64,000 nt of DNA from Octopus vulgaris (GCA_951406725.2 OX597829.1:54064001-54128000); one strand, 5' to 3'. Counted from the stretch's first letter, positions 25,785 to 39,525 are shown. The notes: a model not told the origin generated them from the letters alone. Program-made: numbers and translations.

Positions 25785-26658
25785 TGGCAGTGAGACATGG
25801 GCTGTGACTGCTGAGGACATGCATAGGCTTGAAAGAAATGAAGCTAGTATGATCCACTGGTTGTGTAATGCTAGTGTGCATACACAACAGAGTGTAAGTG
25901 CCCCGAGAAAAAAGTTGGTCATAAGAAGCATCAGATGTGGTGTGCAAGAGAGATGACTATGCTGGTATGGTCATGTGTTGCGTATGGATGAGGACAGTTG
26001 TGTGAAGTAATGTCATACCCTAACTGTGGAAGAGGTAGACCCAGGAAGACATGGGATGAGGTGGTGAAGTATGACCTTTGAGTGTTGGGCCTCAGAGAGG
26101 CTATGACAAGTGACTGAGATGTTTGGAGATATTCTGCGCTTGAGAAGACCTGGCAAGCCAAGTGTGATCGTAGCTATGGCTGATGCCAGTGTCATATAAC
26201 TGGCCTATTTAAAAGCACCCTTCAATTGTTGGGCAATATGCCATGCTTGTGAAAACCTGTTGAACCAAGTGAAATCATAGTTGTGGCCTATGACAGCACC
26301 GCCTGACTGGCACCTGTGCCAGTGGCACATAGAATGTACCATTTAAGCATGACTTATGCCAGTGTCGCCTGACTGGCACCCATTCCGGTGGCATGTAAAA
26401 AGGACCATATGAGCATGGTCGATGCACCATTCAAGCATGGTTGATGCCAGTGCTGCCTGACAGGCTCCTGTGCAAGTGGCACATAAAAAGCACCCACTAC
26501 ACTTTCAGTGTGGTTGGCATTAGGAAGGGCATCCAGCTGTAAAAACCTTGCCAAATTAGATTGAAGCCTGGTGCAGCCTCCTGGCTTGCCAGTCCTCAGT
26601 CAGACTGTCCAACCCATACCAGCATGGAAAGCGGATGTTAAACGACAGTGATGATGAT
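25785..26658 (+). mobile_element. 5'-truncated RTE LINE
   Basis: gsetwavtaedm-coding start, RT C-terminus, 3' UTR and tail. Confidence 0.85.
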
Positions 26659-26714
26659 TCAATGTGGAGTAGATTTTAATGTTTAATAAACAATATTATT
26701 CATTTGCAATAGTC

Positions 26715-26786
<72 letters not shown>

Positions 26787-26854
26787 CTCTATTTTCATTA
26801 ATGATAATTTAATGTATATTCATTTCAATGTTCTCATTTCAAGTTTTAATTCAC

Positions 26855-27215
26855 TACTCTTTACTCTTTTACTCTTTTACTTGTTTCAGTCATTTGACTG
26901 CGGCCATGCTGGAGCACCGCCTTTAGTTGAGCAATTCGACCCCAGGACTTATTCTTTGTAAGCCCAGTACTTATTCTATCGGTCTCTTTTGCCGAACCAC
27001 TAAGTAACGGGGACATAACACACATGGATGCATATATATATATACATATATACGACGGGCTTCTTTCAGTTTCCGTCTACCAAATCCACTCACAAGGCTT
27101 TGGTCGGCCCGAGGCTATAGTAGAAGACGCTTGCCCAAGGTGCCATGCAGTGGGACTGAACCCGGAACCATGTGGTTGGTAAACAAGCTACTTACCACAC
27201 AGCCACTCTTGCGCC
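26855..27215 (-). mobile_element. SINE family A copy
   Basis: Full head ggcgcaagagtggctgtgtggtaag to (gtaaaaga)n tail on -. Confidence 0.85.
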
Positions 27216-27709
27216 TATTTGCAAAGCCCACAATTTATTCTATAAACGTAATGTAAAAAAATTATTTATTAAATGAATGAATGCTATTATATAAAATAGC
27301 TGTATAACTTTGAGGCTTATGATATGAGGCACAATTTCAAGAATATCAGTTTCCAGAGTTTGTTAAATGAATATTTTTGATAAAATGAATTTTTTTTTAA
27401 TATACTGATATAATTTTTAAAAAAAATAAAGAAATGATTTTGTTGGTATGGCTGTTTGGAACACCATAATCCTTACATTAATAACTATGTGGTCACTGCT
27501 ATTTCTAGCATGCTAAATGTAGTTGGGTTTCCTTGAAGTTTGTTTAAATTTTACAACTACAATAAATTACTGAAAGAAATATTTACTAAGCAAGATTTTT
27601 TATAAATTGAATTTTTCAGGAAAATTTACTTTCTAAAATTCCTTTTATTGTTGAATATTTCAAGTTCACTAATTTAAATATTCAGAACAAGATAGTTTTT
27701 AATAAGTTT

Positions 27710-27830
27710 AACTCTCCGGAAAATTTTATAGGTTTGACTCTGAGGAAAATTTTATAGGTTTGACTGAGGAAAATTTTAGAGGTTTGACCCTGTTAAAAGT
27801 TTTATAGGTTTGACTCTCTGGAAAATTTTA
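27710..27830. repeat. about 27-bp minisatellite, about 4.5 units
   Basis: ggaaaattttataggtttgactctga-like units. Confidence 0.85.
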
Positions 27831-29376
27831 ATAAATTCCTGTTAATATATATTGATGAAAAACCAGTTTCAAAGCATCTGTTATTATTTAATATCACGCA
27901 TTTAAATTCATTGCCAAGCTTTATGTTCACTGCAGAGTAGGTTTTAACATTTGATAAACTATATTATGTTCTGGCAAAATTTTTTGTTTTCATTTGTAAC
28001 TCAGTCTCTCTCTCTCTCTCTCTCTCCCATCTCTAATTGTTTTCATTAATAATAATTTACTTATATATTAATTGCAATTTTTTTCCTTTCAAGTTTTATT
28101 TCGTTATTTCAGATGAGGAAATCAGGTATTTTGTTGACTTAAATTCGCTATGTAAATTCCTTCAGTTTATTGTTTATACATACTAGAAAAAAAATTATAT
28201 TGGACAACTTATTAAAACTTACTGAAGCTTTGAACTCACGTGACTTATTTCCTTTCCATTATTATCTAAGAATTATCAAGTGAATTTGTTTCTATGGCTA
28301 TTAATGCTATAGGTATTAAAATTCTCTATGCAATTGTTACTTTTTTTTTTCGCCCACTAAACATAGTTGGACTACCTTAAAGTTTGTTTAAAAAAGAGAG
28401 ATTGTGACTTTGATAATGAAAGCAATTTTTACTAAGAAAGTGAGTGCTATTATACAAAGAAATAATTAGATGTAAAACATCATAAAAATTATTAGAATTG
28501 GGAATCAAATGTGAAAATATTATCAAGGGGCCAGCAGAAAAACCGCCTGGAGGGTGGTCTATCTGTTAGTGTTTTTAATTTGTTTTATTTTATATCTTTT
28601 TATTCAATTGTATAGTTACTGAAGTTAACTGTGAATATCATGTAGACTATTTGTATGATTTGGAGTCATGTTTTGTTGTGGTGTGTGTTGTATTTGCAAA
28701 TATTGATATTAATGGTAGAATGGTTTTGTTTGCATGAATTTTGTTTTAGTAAGCTTAAGGGTTTTAAAACTTGTTTGCTTTATTGTGTGGACCTTGTGTA
28801 TCTAACCATAAAAGGACATATTTACCTACTGAGGAGCTTAAGAATGCTTGATATTATAAATGGTATTTCATGGTTGAGTGGTTTTGAATTTTGTTTGTTT
28901 ATTAAGAATTCAAAGGTTTTTGTGGCGTGAGGAATTTCATGTGGCTTACTGGACTTGTCTCTTAAAATAAAGATTTATATTTGTGTATTTCAATGGAATT
29001 TATGTAGTTTTGAATCATAATTGTTTAAGTTTGTTTGCTTGTGTATTTATTATAGCCAAAACTTGCTTTTATCTTGGCTATCGATTCGCTGTGCTTGGTT
29101 TCGTGTGTGTGCATGTATTTTAGGCCAAAGCTTGTTTTTAATTCGTCTTCATGTATTTAAATGTGTGATCTGTCCTGTGTATAACTGGCCTATGTATAAC
29201 TAGGGCAGCTATGTTTAACTGGTAGATGCACATTGTGTGTGTGTGTGTGTGTGTGTGTTTTAGTTAAGGCTTGTTTTGATTTGCTTTTTTTTTTTGTGTC
29301 AGTATAAGCATCATTTACTACGAATCTAATTTGGGTTGGTTGTTTGTGGTTTGATTATTTTTTTTGCACATGTATA

Positions 29377-29775
29377 GGCGCAGGAGTGGCTGTGTGGTAA
29401 GTAGCTTGCTTACCAACCACATGATTCCGGGTTCAGTCCCACTGCGTGGCACCTTGGGCAAGTGTCTTCTGCTATAGCCCCGGGCCGACCAATGCCTTGT
29501 GAGTGGATTTGGTAGACGGAAACTGAAAGAAGCCTGTCATATATATGTATATATATATATGTGTGTGTTTGTGTGTCTGTGTTTGTCCCCCTAGCATTGC
29601 TTGACAACCGATGCTGGTGTGTTTACGTCCCCGTCACTTAGCGGTTCAGCAAAACAGACCGATAGAATAAGTACTGGGCTTACAAAGAATAAGTCCCAGG
29701 GTCGATTTGCTCAACTAAAGGCGGTGCTCCAGCATGGCCACAGTCAAATGACTGAAACAAGTAAAAAGAGTAAAA
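29377..29775 (+). mobile_element. full-length tRNA-derived SINE, family A (CORE-like)
   Basis: Pol III A-box-like tggctgtgtgg, B-box-like ggttcagtccc, CORE-like gcaccttgggcaagtgtctt, internal (TA)(TG) tract, (gtaaaaga)n tail. Further copies at 43356-43765(-), 45125-45500(-), 45650-45920(+), 51214-51629(+), 51871-52290(+), 56078-56610(-), 60071-60492(-). Confidence 0.9.
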
Positions 29776-31158
29776 AAAAAGAGAGAAATGTGTATTGGAG
29801 CTTTGATTGTTCTCTTATCCAGCTTGTAGTTCAGATCAAAAATGAATTCAATAAATTTATCTAGATACCATCAGCAGGATATGATTTCATTCTTCTTGTT
29901 TTGTGGGTGGATGTTTTATATGGTTATGCGGTATTTCTTTGTGGTGCATAAGAAGTAGATTCTGGAATCATTTATATATGATGGTAAGCAGCTATTATTT
30001 CATCATCATCGCCATCATCATCATCATCATATCATCGTTTAATGTCCGCCTTCCATGCAGGCATGGGTTTCACAGTTTGACAGGAGCTGGTTGGGCAGAA
30101 GACTGCGCCAGGCTTCAGTGTATGTTTTGGCATGGATTTTATGGCTGGATGCACTTCCAAATGTGAAACACTTTGCAGTGTAGACTGGATGCCTTTTATG
30201 TGGCACCAGCACTAGCAAGGTCACCAAGTAACCTGCAAGACAAAGATCCTTTGAGAGGGGAGGGGGAATTGGTGGAGGTGATGATTAAAGGTTTATAGTA
30301 AGGCAGAAATAGGTGTCTTGCTGTAGCAGAGGTACAAGGTTACCTGGCTGGAGAGAGAGATTGATCAAGAATGAGGGCAGAAACAGATGTGCTGTTGTAA
30401 AGGAGATATATGGTTACCCTGCCAGAGAGAAGAGCAGGAGAAGAAGAGAGAGTGGGAGACAGCAAGGGTTCAAGAGAGAGCAGGAAAGAGATGTTGGTGA
30501 AGTGCCAGGTATAATCACAAGAGACAAGAATCAAAATATAAACAGAATGGTCAAGTAAAACAGAAGTGAGAAATAGATGGTGGTATGTGCCAGGTCACGC
30601 TATTGAAGTGTGGAGGTCATAATATAAGTGACAGGGCATTGCCAAAGAAGTGTGAGTAGAGAGTGGGGGTGGGGAATGCAGTGAATGTGAAAACCTGGGT
30701 ATATAGAGTTGGGTGGGGTTGGGGCTACTGGATAGCAATGATACAGTGAACAGGCCGTGAGGACAGAATTGGGGAGTGAGGGGTAAGCATAGTGCATGAA
30801 GGAGGAAATGTGAGGAAGAGAAGAGATGTAGTTTGGTTTGTTCTAGTGCAAATCAGTCACTAGAAATTACTAATTCATTATAAAGCAACAGCTTTCTACT
30901 AGCTCAGAGTTAACTCAGTATCTCTTATTGAGGATGATGTAATGATCTAGAAATGCTTCTAACGGTCCAATAATGGTGTATCTGCACATTTTCTATAAGT
31001 GGGAAATTTTTTCCATTGTAAACTGCAGTGAAATTTCCTTTAGAAGTTAAAATATGTCACGAACATTATAAATTGACCAAAAGTTCACTTATTTCTCAGT
31101 GCTGTTTTGCATGTGCCAGGTCACATTATGATATATTTATGCTACATGTAGAAAAAGT

Positions 31159-31541
31159 GGAGGCGCAATGGCCCAGTGGTTAGGGCAGCGGACTCACGGT
31201 CATAGGATCGCGGTTTCAATTCCCAGACCGGGCATTGTGAGTGTTTATTGAGCGAAAACACCTAAAAGCTCCACGAGGCTCCGGCAGGGGATGGTGGTGA
31301 TCCCTGCTGTACTCTTTCACCACAACTTTCTCTCCCTCTTACTTCCTGTTTCTGTTGTACCTGTATTTCAAAGGGCCGGCCTTGTCACTCTCTGTGTCAC
31401 GCTGAATATCCCCGAGAACTACGTTAAGGGTGCATGTGTCTGTGGAGTGCTCAGCCACTTACACGTTAATTTCACGAGCAGGCTGTTCCGTTGATTCGGA
31501 TCAACCGGAACCCTCGTCGTCGTAACCGACGGAGTGCTTCC
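31159..31541 (+). mobile_element. full-length tRNA-derived SINE, family C
   Basis: ggaggcgcaatggcccagtggttagggcagcggactc...gtttcaattccc tRNA-like head plus body. Near-identical copy at 40727-41104, degenerate copy at 54386-54680. Confidence 0.88.
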
Positions 31542-33274
31542 AATGTAGAAAAAAAAACAAATGCATAAAGTAGTAATTGCAGCAGGTCGATAAAAGTTCC
31601 GTTATGGAAAGATCTTAATATTGTGTTGTAAACTGGGAGTCCCCAGAAGAAGCAGTAGGTAAGTCTGTTGTATTGATATAGCATAGTCTGGTAGGCAGGT
31701 GAATGCTGAAAGGTAAAGGTGTTGTGATTTATCCTTACAGCTGTTTCAAGAACAGTTCATAACTGATGCTGTTCTCTGCATGTTGCCTGCATCTAAATTT
31801 TTGTGGCAACCTATTCCTCTTTTAGAAATACTGGATTGAAACTCAGTGGAGAAATGAATAGATATGAGTAAGGGCAGAATTGTGGAAGTGAGCATAAGCT
31901 AAATGACACAGATATATTAAGGTCTAAAACTAGACATGTAGATAAAAAGTTCTATGTGTTTATATAGGTAGGGGCTAAACATACTTCAGGAGATAATATG
32001 GGATGATATAGGTAGGGGCTAAATGTACTTAAGGGGATGATATGAGACACAGAAGTGTAGTGGGAGAGGTTGGGTGTTATTAGTTCAGTGACCTGCCAGG
32101 ATGTGGTGAAGTGTGATAGAGAACCTAAAGTTAATGAGGGGAAGTATGATATTTAAAGATAATGTATATATTCAGAAGCGCTATCTGTTTGGTAGGTATA
32201 GATAAACGGTCAGTGAAAGATAGGTTAAGCTAAGAAAATGGAGGGAAAAGGAATATAAATAAAGCCTAGATAAAATAGCCTTCAACATTTCCATTATCTT
32301 AGTCATAAGTATGGAAACTTGCCGAAAATGTTAAATTAATTGTTGTTTATAAAATATAAAATGAGGACATGAAATACATTTCAGATATTTGCATTTGTTG
32401 ATTGTAGACAGCTATTATTAATATACTTATAGTGTAAATGTAAAAGATAAAAATTAAATATATATTTAGTAATTACTTAGGATATCTACAAATGTAGCTG
32501 GAAAAGTAACAATGGAGTATAACCTAAAAAATTTTTAATTTGCGTATTTAATAAAGATATTGAGAAATGTAAGTGTGAATATAATGACCCAAGCCAGAAT
32601 GGACAACAGACGTAAAGTGATGATTGATAATGAGATATAACTTGATGCAAGAAGTTAAAATGGGATGTAGAGTAATGTAATGAATTAAGGTTTGTGTGGA
32701 TGGATGGATGGAGTGAGGAAAGCTTTGGTGGTTAGAGGCGTTGGCTTGAGAGAAGCAAGAGAGTTTATAAATGATAGGAAAGCTTCGAGAATTTTTGTGG
32801 ATGGATGAGTGAATTCTGATGTTGCTCAAAGGGGTACAGAACCAGCATGATGTGGCAGGGGTAAACCAGCATATGCCGCTGATATTGTGGGTTGCATTCT
32901 ATGCCTTGACCTGAGCATAGAATGGGGCTCACCCCTTTGAGCTGAGAAATGAATGGAATGCCTGGTGAGCTAAATATCGAAAGTTAATGTTGGCGCCAAT
33001 ATATATTTCAGTGGAGTTTATGAACAGTGCATTTATAAGCTACCTTGTATCTGCAGCAGTTATCTTTCAAGGGGCAGTTATCAGGTACCCTACAGTCGCC
33101 TCTCTTCTTATCAGATGTACATCTGCAATGATTATTATTACTATTGTTATTAAGATGTCTATCAGTAGTTAAATCATTCTTATTTTGATGAAAGTAACAT
33201 CCATTGCTAAATGTTTTCCTACAACTGGGACTTCTATATTGTCAGTGTTCACAAGTCCTTCATCGCATTTTAGA

Positions 33275-33585
33275 TTAGGTGGTACGTAAAAAGCACCATC
33301 CGATTGTGGCCGTTGCCAGCTTTGTCTGGTCCCCGTGCCGGTGGTACGTAAAAAGCACCATCCGATCGTGGCCGTTTGCCAGCCTCGTCTTGCACCTGTG
33401 CAGGTGGCACGTAAAAAGCACCCACTACACTCACGGAGTGGTTGGCGTTAGGAAGGGCATCCAGCTGTTGAAACACTGTCAGATCAGACTGGGCCTGGTG
33501 CAACCTCCTGGCTTCCCAGATCCCAGTTAAACCGTCCAACCCATGCCAGCATGGAAAGCGGACGTTAAATGAAGATGATGATGAT
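33275..33585 (+). mobile_element. RTE-LINE 3' UTR fragment
   Basis: Same tail family. Confidence 0.8.
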
Positions 33586-33928
33586 GTGTCTCGCTGTCCC
33601 TACCTCCATTGCTAGTATTGTTGTCATTATTGTTTCTATTCTTATTAGTATTTCTATTCTCAGTGAAATTTATAAGGATATCACAATTATAGTAATCATT
33701 CATGTCATATCTCTCTCCCTCATTTTTGCTATATTCCAGAATATTTTATGTATTATAGGTATTACTGATTAGAGTGTAAGTCCACCTCTTGCTGAGATTT
33801 GCATTTTCATTAGTGTTTTCTCTTGTATTTTCATATTTACTCCTTCCTATAATTATTCTTTTCTACTCTCAGCACTAGGCCCGAAATTTTTCGAGAAGCC
33901 TTCACTTTCATCGCTACCTGGTGGTTAC

Positions 33929-33971
33929 CGCCCGTTGACGAGGGACAACCATCCCGAAACTAGTTCGAGCG
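33929..33971 (+). ncRNA. minimal type I hammerhead motif (C3U)
   Basis: cgcccg-TTGACGA-ggga-caacca-tccc-GAAA-ctag-TT-cgagcg: 5 of 6 bp in stem I, 4-bp stem II, palindromic stem III. Confidence 0.7.
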
Positions 33972-34397
33972 TATCACTCAGGCTTGCGAGGAAGGGATGG
34001 CCTCCCTTTGCAAATACTCCAAAGACACAGATATTGTGTTTAGAGCCAGCTAGAGACGAAGATCTCTTGGGGCTATAAAGCTACAGTAACAACCCCCTCC
34101 CCAATGTGGTTAGCCATGATAAGATGGCTTCTATACTTTACATTATATATATATAATTATATATTATACACACACACACACACACATATTAGGCCTCCAG
34201 ACTTCTTCTCTGGGCAATGTTTTCTTTCCTATTCCCTCTTCCTTTTGTTTACCCATGTTATCCCTGGGCATGGGTATGCAGGTACACTATGCTCGTAGAG
34301 TACAGGTAACAACAGAATAAACAAAAGTTTATCAGGAAACAAATATAAGTAATCAGAAAATGGCGAAAACTTCAGATCAACAAACAAATTATATGTG

Positions 34398-34445
<48 letters not shown>

Positions 34446-34447
<2 letters not shown>

Positions 34448-34977
34448 CAATGATAAATCTCTGAGCGAGGTATAAACAGTAGCTGCAGGACATCGTGAAG
34501 TATAATTGTCGCTTAAATGTGGCTAACCCTTAAGGGTGGATGCTACTGTAGCTTGTAGCCCCAGGAGGACACCTCCTCCACCTGGCTATTGACATACTTT
34601 CTGTGCCCTATCAATATTTGCAAAGGGATATACTACTGGTTATGCCTCACTCAGAGATTTATTATGGCTTGTTTGCACTTTTTCAATATCAGTGACTTTT
34701 CGTCACTGGAAAAAGGATACATATATTTGCATTGGGAACCACTTCACATCGACAACTGGTGATTGTCACACACTGATGACAGGTCAATATCCAGAAACTC
34801 AGGTCCATGTGTATCACGTCAGGTTGGAGATGGGAAGGATGGCTTCCCCTTTGCAAATACTGATAGGGCATGAAAGTTTGTCAATAGCCAGCTGGAAAAG
34901 ATGTTCTCCTGGGGCTACAAGCTAAAGTAACATCCACCATTATGGGTTAGCCACATTTAAGTGGCAAATATACTTCA

Positions 34978-34981
<4 letters not shown>
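34446..34981. mobile_element. (TA)n-flanked inverted-repeat element containing a hammerhead motif (putative Penelope pseudo-LTR pair)
   Basis: Arms about 34492-34628 and 34846-34981. Motif cacaca-CTGATGA-cagg...cca-GAAA-ctcag-GTC-catgtg at 34767-34811. Homologous to 33900-34145. Confidence 0.75.
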
Positions 34982-35028
<47 letters not shown>

Positions 35029-35650
35029 GGGCATCCAGCCGTAGAAACACTGCCAGATCAGACTGGGCCTGATGCAGCCTTCTAGCTTCACAGACCCCAG
35101 TTGAACCGTCCAACCCATGCTAGCATGGAAAGCGGACGTTAAATGATGATGATGATGATGATGATGATATATAAAAGGTAAGCAGAGTTAGTGGTTATAA
35201 TAACTGACTAAGGGATAAAATATCTGTATATACTATCGGTATCAGTTACCCATGTTATCCCTGGGCATGGGTATGCAGGTACACTATGCTCGTAGAGTAC
35301 AGGTAACAACAGAATAAACAAAAGTTTATCAGGAAACAAATATAAGTAATCAGAAAATGGTGAAAACTTCAGATCAACAAACAAATAAATTGGACCACAT
35401 CTATAGGTTGTTATTTAATACAAGACATGACATAACATTTATGTGACATAACAATTCTTATGGCCTTTTCCACTGCTGATGCCAGTCAGTGCTTATGAAA
35501 GAATTGCAAAAATAATATTCTTCATCTTCATAGGATATTCGAACTAGGACATGGAACTTCATCTGAGTGAATACAAAAGTGTCCAAAATAAACAAAAGGA
35601 AGAGGGAGTAGGAAAGAAAACATAGCCTAGAGAAGAAGTCTGGAGGCCTA

Positions 35651-35706
<56 letters not shown>

Positions 35707-36076
35707 GGTTAGCTGAGATAGAGCTTAAAATAATTGTCCAAGGGATAGAAGTATCCATTACCTTACCCGTATATTACCTATGTTTAACCATGGGTATACA
35801 TATGTAAGCATATTAAACTCATAAATTATAGGTAAAGACAAGGATAAACATGAGTTTATTAAAAATCAAAATTTGGTAAAAATATTACCAAATATGATAA
35901 ATATTTTAGCATATCAATGGCAATACCAAACAACACTGGAAGCAGAAACAGCTGTTAGGTGGGATGCAGTCTATTTGTATTGAATTAAATAATAATTGAT
36001 GTAAGTCAATTGTTGTTCATCGATATTTTTTTCATTTCTTGTCTTCTTTAAATTTATATATATATATATATACACA

Positions 36077-37116
36077 CAATGGTTGGACAAAATAATGGAA
36101 ACACCTAGCATCATAGCATCATAATTTTGAAATATCTATAAAACTATCAAAAGCTTGTTTATTTTTATGCTTTTTGATTTATTATAAGTGTTGATTAGTA
36201 TATTTTGCTAAAATTGCTGTTTCTTTTCAGATATTATCAGAAAAATGGTAATTAAAATTCATTAAAATGACAGATCTATCAGAATTTCAAAGAGGTCAGA
36301 TTGTTGGTGCTTGTATGGCAAGCGCCAGCATAACAAAAACAGCCAAAATGTTTGGTGTATCAAGGAGTACTGTCTTGAAAGTAATGACAGCCTTTGAGAA
36401 AGAGGGAAAAACCTCCTTGTCGAGACAAAAACTCCAGAAGAAAACCAAAACTTTCAGATAGGGACTGTTGGACTCTTACACGAATTGTTAGAAAAAATCA
36501 CATAAGTACAGCTCCCAGAATTACTGCAGAGCTTAATGACCACCTTGAGAACTTAGTTTCCACAAAAACTGTTTGCTGGGAGGTGCACAAAGCCGGATTT
36601 CATGGGAGGGTTGCAATCAGAAAACCACTACTTTCAAAAACAAATGTTGCAAAGTGTTTAGAGTGGAGTAAAAACCTACAGAATTGGTCCCTAGAACAGT
36701 GGAAGAATGTTATTTTCTCAGATGAGTCATCCTTTACAGTATTTCCAAGCACTGGCCGAGTATATGTGTGGAGATAGCCAAAAGAACCATTTGACCCAGA
36801 TTGCCTTCTTCCAACTGTTAAACATGGAGGAGGATCTGTGATGATCGGGGGAGGGCTATATCTTGGAAATCCACCTGCCCAATGGTTTCCCTTCATGGCA
36901 AAATTAATAGTGTAGAAAAACAAGTAAAGAGTCAATATCCTCCACCATCATCACTACAAGAACTGGAGACTGTTTTAGCTGAAGAATGGACAAAAATTCC
37001 TTTGCAAACAATTCAAACTTTGTATGAGTCCATATTTCAAGCTGTAATTACTGCCCTATATAAAAATAAATTTGTTTGAAATTTTAAGGTGTTTCCATTA
37101 TTTTGTCCAACCCCCA
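36077..37116 (+). mobile_element. Tc1-like transposon with internally deleted transposase pseudogene
   Basis: TIRs ggttggacaaaataatggaaacacct at both ends; MTDLSEFQRGQIVG, RKPLLS, WKNVIFSDESSF, TVKHGGGSVM; frameshifts and stops. Confidence 0.93.
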
Positions 37117-37136
37117 TATATATATGTATTTATGTA

Positions 37137-38387
37137 TTAGGTTGTCTCACACGAAATGTATTTGAAATGGGTTTCTTATGAGTCATCTATAAATGGATTT
37201 TTAATGAGTTTCTATGTATTTGTTTGTGTTTACACTTAAAACTTTTTCTTTCGAAACAATACTATCATTCAAAATTGCTACCCACAGTTCTTATGACAAT
37301 GTAGACAATTGAACAATACCGAGTGATATTCTTGTATGAATACAAGTTGGGTCACTCTGCTACTGAAGCTCTATGAAACATCAAACAGGCTTTTGGTAAC
37401 CATTCTGTTGACATTAGAACTGTTCAGAGATGGTTCCAAAGATTTCGTTCAGGAAATGAAAGCCTTAAAAATGAACCAAGAGGGAGACCAAAATCAGTTA
37501 TATGGTATGATGAACTGAATGCTTTGGTTAAACGAAATCCGAGAACAATGGTCTGAAAAATCAGATCAGAGCAACAGACATCTCCCAAAACTGCTTCTCA
37601 ACACTGAAGAAAATTAGAAAAGTCAAAAAGGTGAATAGATTTGTTCCCCATCAATTTAATGAGATTCAAAGAAACAGATGCCTTACAGTGTGTTCCATGT
37701 TGATTTCTCAGTTGGAAAGAGAACCATTTTTGTATGAACTTATTACATGTGATGAGAAATGGATGCTCATTGATAACAGCAGGACAGGACAGTGGTTAGA
37801 TGCAGGAGAGTCACCAAAACACTACCCAAAACCCTAAAAAGTTGATGGTCACTGTATGGTGGTCAACAAAGGGAGTTCTTCATTATTCATTTTGGCAGCA
37901 AGGAAACTCTTCAACAGCAACTTCCTATTGTCAAGAAATTAATTTTATGCATGAAAAATTTTAAAAAAAAGCAACCCGGATTAGTGAATAGAAATGGCCC
38001 AATTTTGCTTCATGATAATGCCAGGCCTCACACTTCTCAAGCTATTGTCCACAAGTTGCAAAGCCTGAATTATAAAATTTTGGTAGATCCTCCTTATTCT
38101 CCTGATATCTCTCCTACTGATTATCACATATGTAAACACTTCAAGCTTGCTATACACAATAAAACATTCTTAAATAAAGAATAGGTAATTGATGCATTTG
38201 AACAGTTTATCTGTGTAAAAGATGACAAATTCTTTGAAGATGGAATATATGCCTTAGAGGAACGTTGAATGAAGGTCATAAATGAACAGGGATGATATTT
38301 TGATTAAATAAATAACTATTCTAAAACTTAAAAAACAATTTTAATGTTTCCTTTTTCAAATGTGACATTTCATGTGAGACAACCTAA
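37137..38387 (+). mobile_element. full-length mariner relic (about 1.25 kb)
   Basis: TA|ttaggttgtctcac...gtgagacaacctaa|TA TIRs; FVPHQF, ITCDEKW, LHDNARPH, PPYSPDISPTDY (DD34D); frameshifted. Confidence 0.93.
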
Positions 38388-39525
38388 TATTTATGCATGT
38401 ATATATGTTTGTGTGTGTATGTGTGTATATATGGAGAAGTTTTATGTTAACTTATGATAAAAAACAATTTTACATTAAAACGAAGGATTACTCATTTTTG
38501 TTGAGTACAAATTTCTTATTCTTTAACAAGAATAATATTGTTACTAATTTCAAGGTTTTGGGCAGTTGCTGATAATACACACACACACACACACGCACAC
38601 ACACAGAGGTAGGTAGGTAGGTACACATATACATATATGCACGCACATACACACACACACATATAGATAGGTAGGTAAGTAGGCAGGTACACATATATAT
38701 ATATGCATATACACACACATATATGCAGACACACACACATATATAGGTAAGTAGGTAGGTAAGTGGATAGGTAGGTACACATATACATATATATGCACAT
38801 ACACACATAGATACATATATATATATATATATTCAAACACACACACACACATATACACATAGACACCTCTGCCATTTGTTGACTTGAGAAGGCATTTGAT
38901 AGCTTTCAGTAATTTTGTGGCCACTAAGGAAACTAATGACCTGTGAGAGCTGTACAGGTGTTGAAAGGTGAAGTGAGTAAAATGTAAGTCAACAGCAATT
39001 TCAGTGACGAGCTTAGTTTAAGGATAAGAATTCATCAAAGCTCAGTCTTCAGTCTTCTCCTTCTTCTTGTAGTCTTACAAGACATCACAGAGGAGTCTAA
39101 AACTGGCTCTCCATGGGGACTCCTATAGGCTGATGCTCTGGTTTTCTGAGCTGAAATTATAAGAGGAATTAGAGAGAAAATCCCAGGCATGGAAGCTAAA
39201 CCAGGAGCCAAGCGGTCTTAATGTAGAGTCAGCAAAGACAAAGGTTCTAGTAAGTAGGAAAGAAGAATGGATCCTGATACCTTCATTGAAATAACCTTGC
39301 TCAATATGCAGAATAATAGTATGCATAAATTATATATGCTGCCACTGAGGTTGACTTTGTCTTTCAGCCTTTTGGGGGTCAATAAAATATATACCTATTG
39401 AGAACTGGGACTCGTATAATTGACTTCCCCCTTCCCTCAAAATTTCTGACCCTGTGCCAAAAATTAGAAAGCAACAAAACAGATAGATCCACCAGGTTAA
39501 TCAGCTGTAATCATCTTGGCTCATT

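Noticed and set aside
27710-27830. CRISPR-like regularly spaced repeats
   Set aside because: Head-to-tail minisatellite with no unique spacers, in a eukaryotic context.
28530-28570. Helitron-like 3' end (accgcc...ggtggt hairpin, then ttag|t)
   Set aside because: The terminal motif is imperfect and no 5' end could be located.
31159-31232. tRNA gene-like sequence (also 40727 and 29377)
   Set aside because: Continues into a SINE body repeated in the window; these are SINE heads, not tRNA genes.
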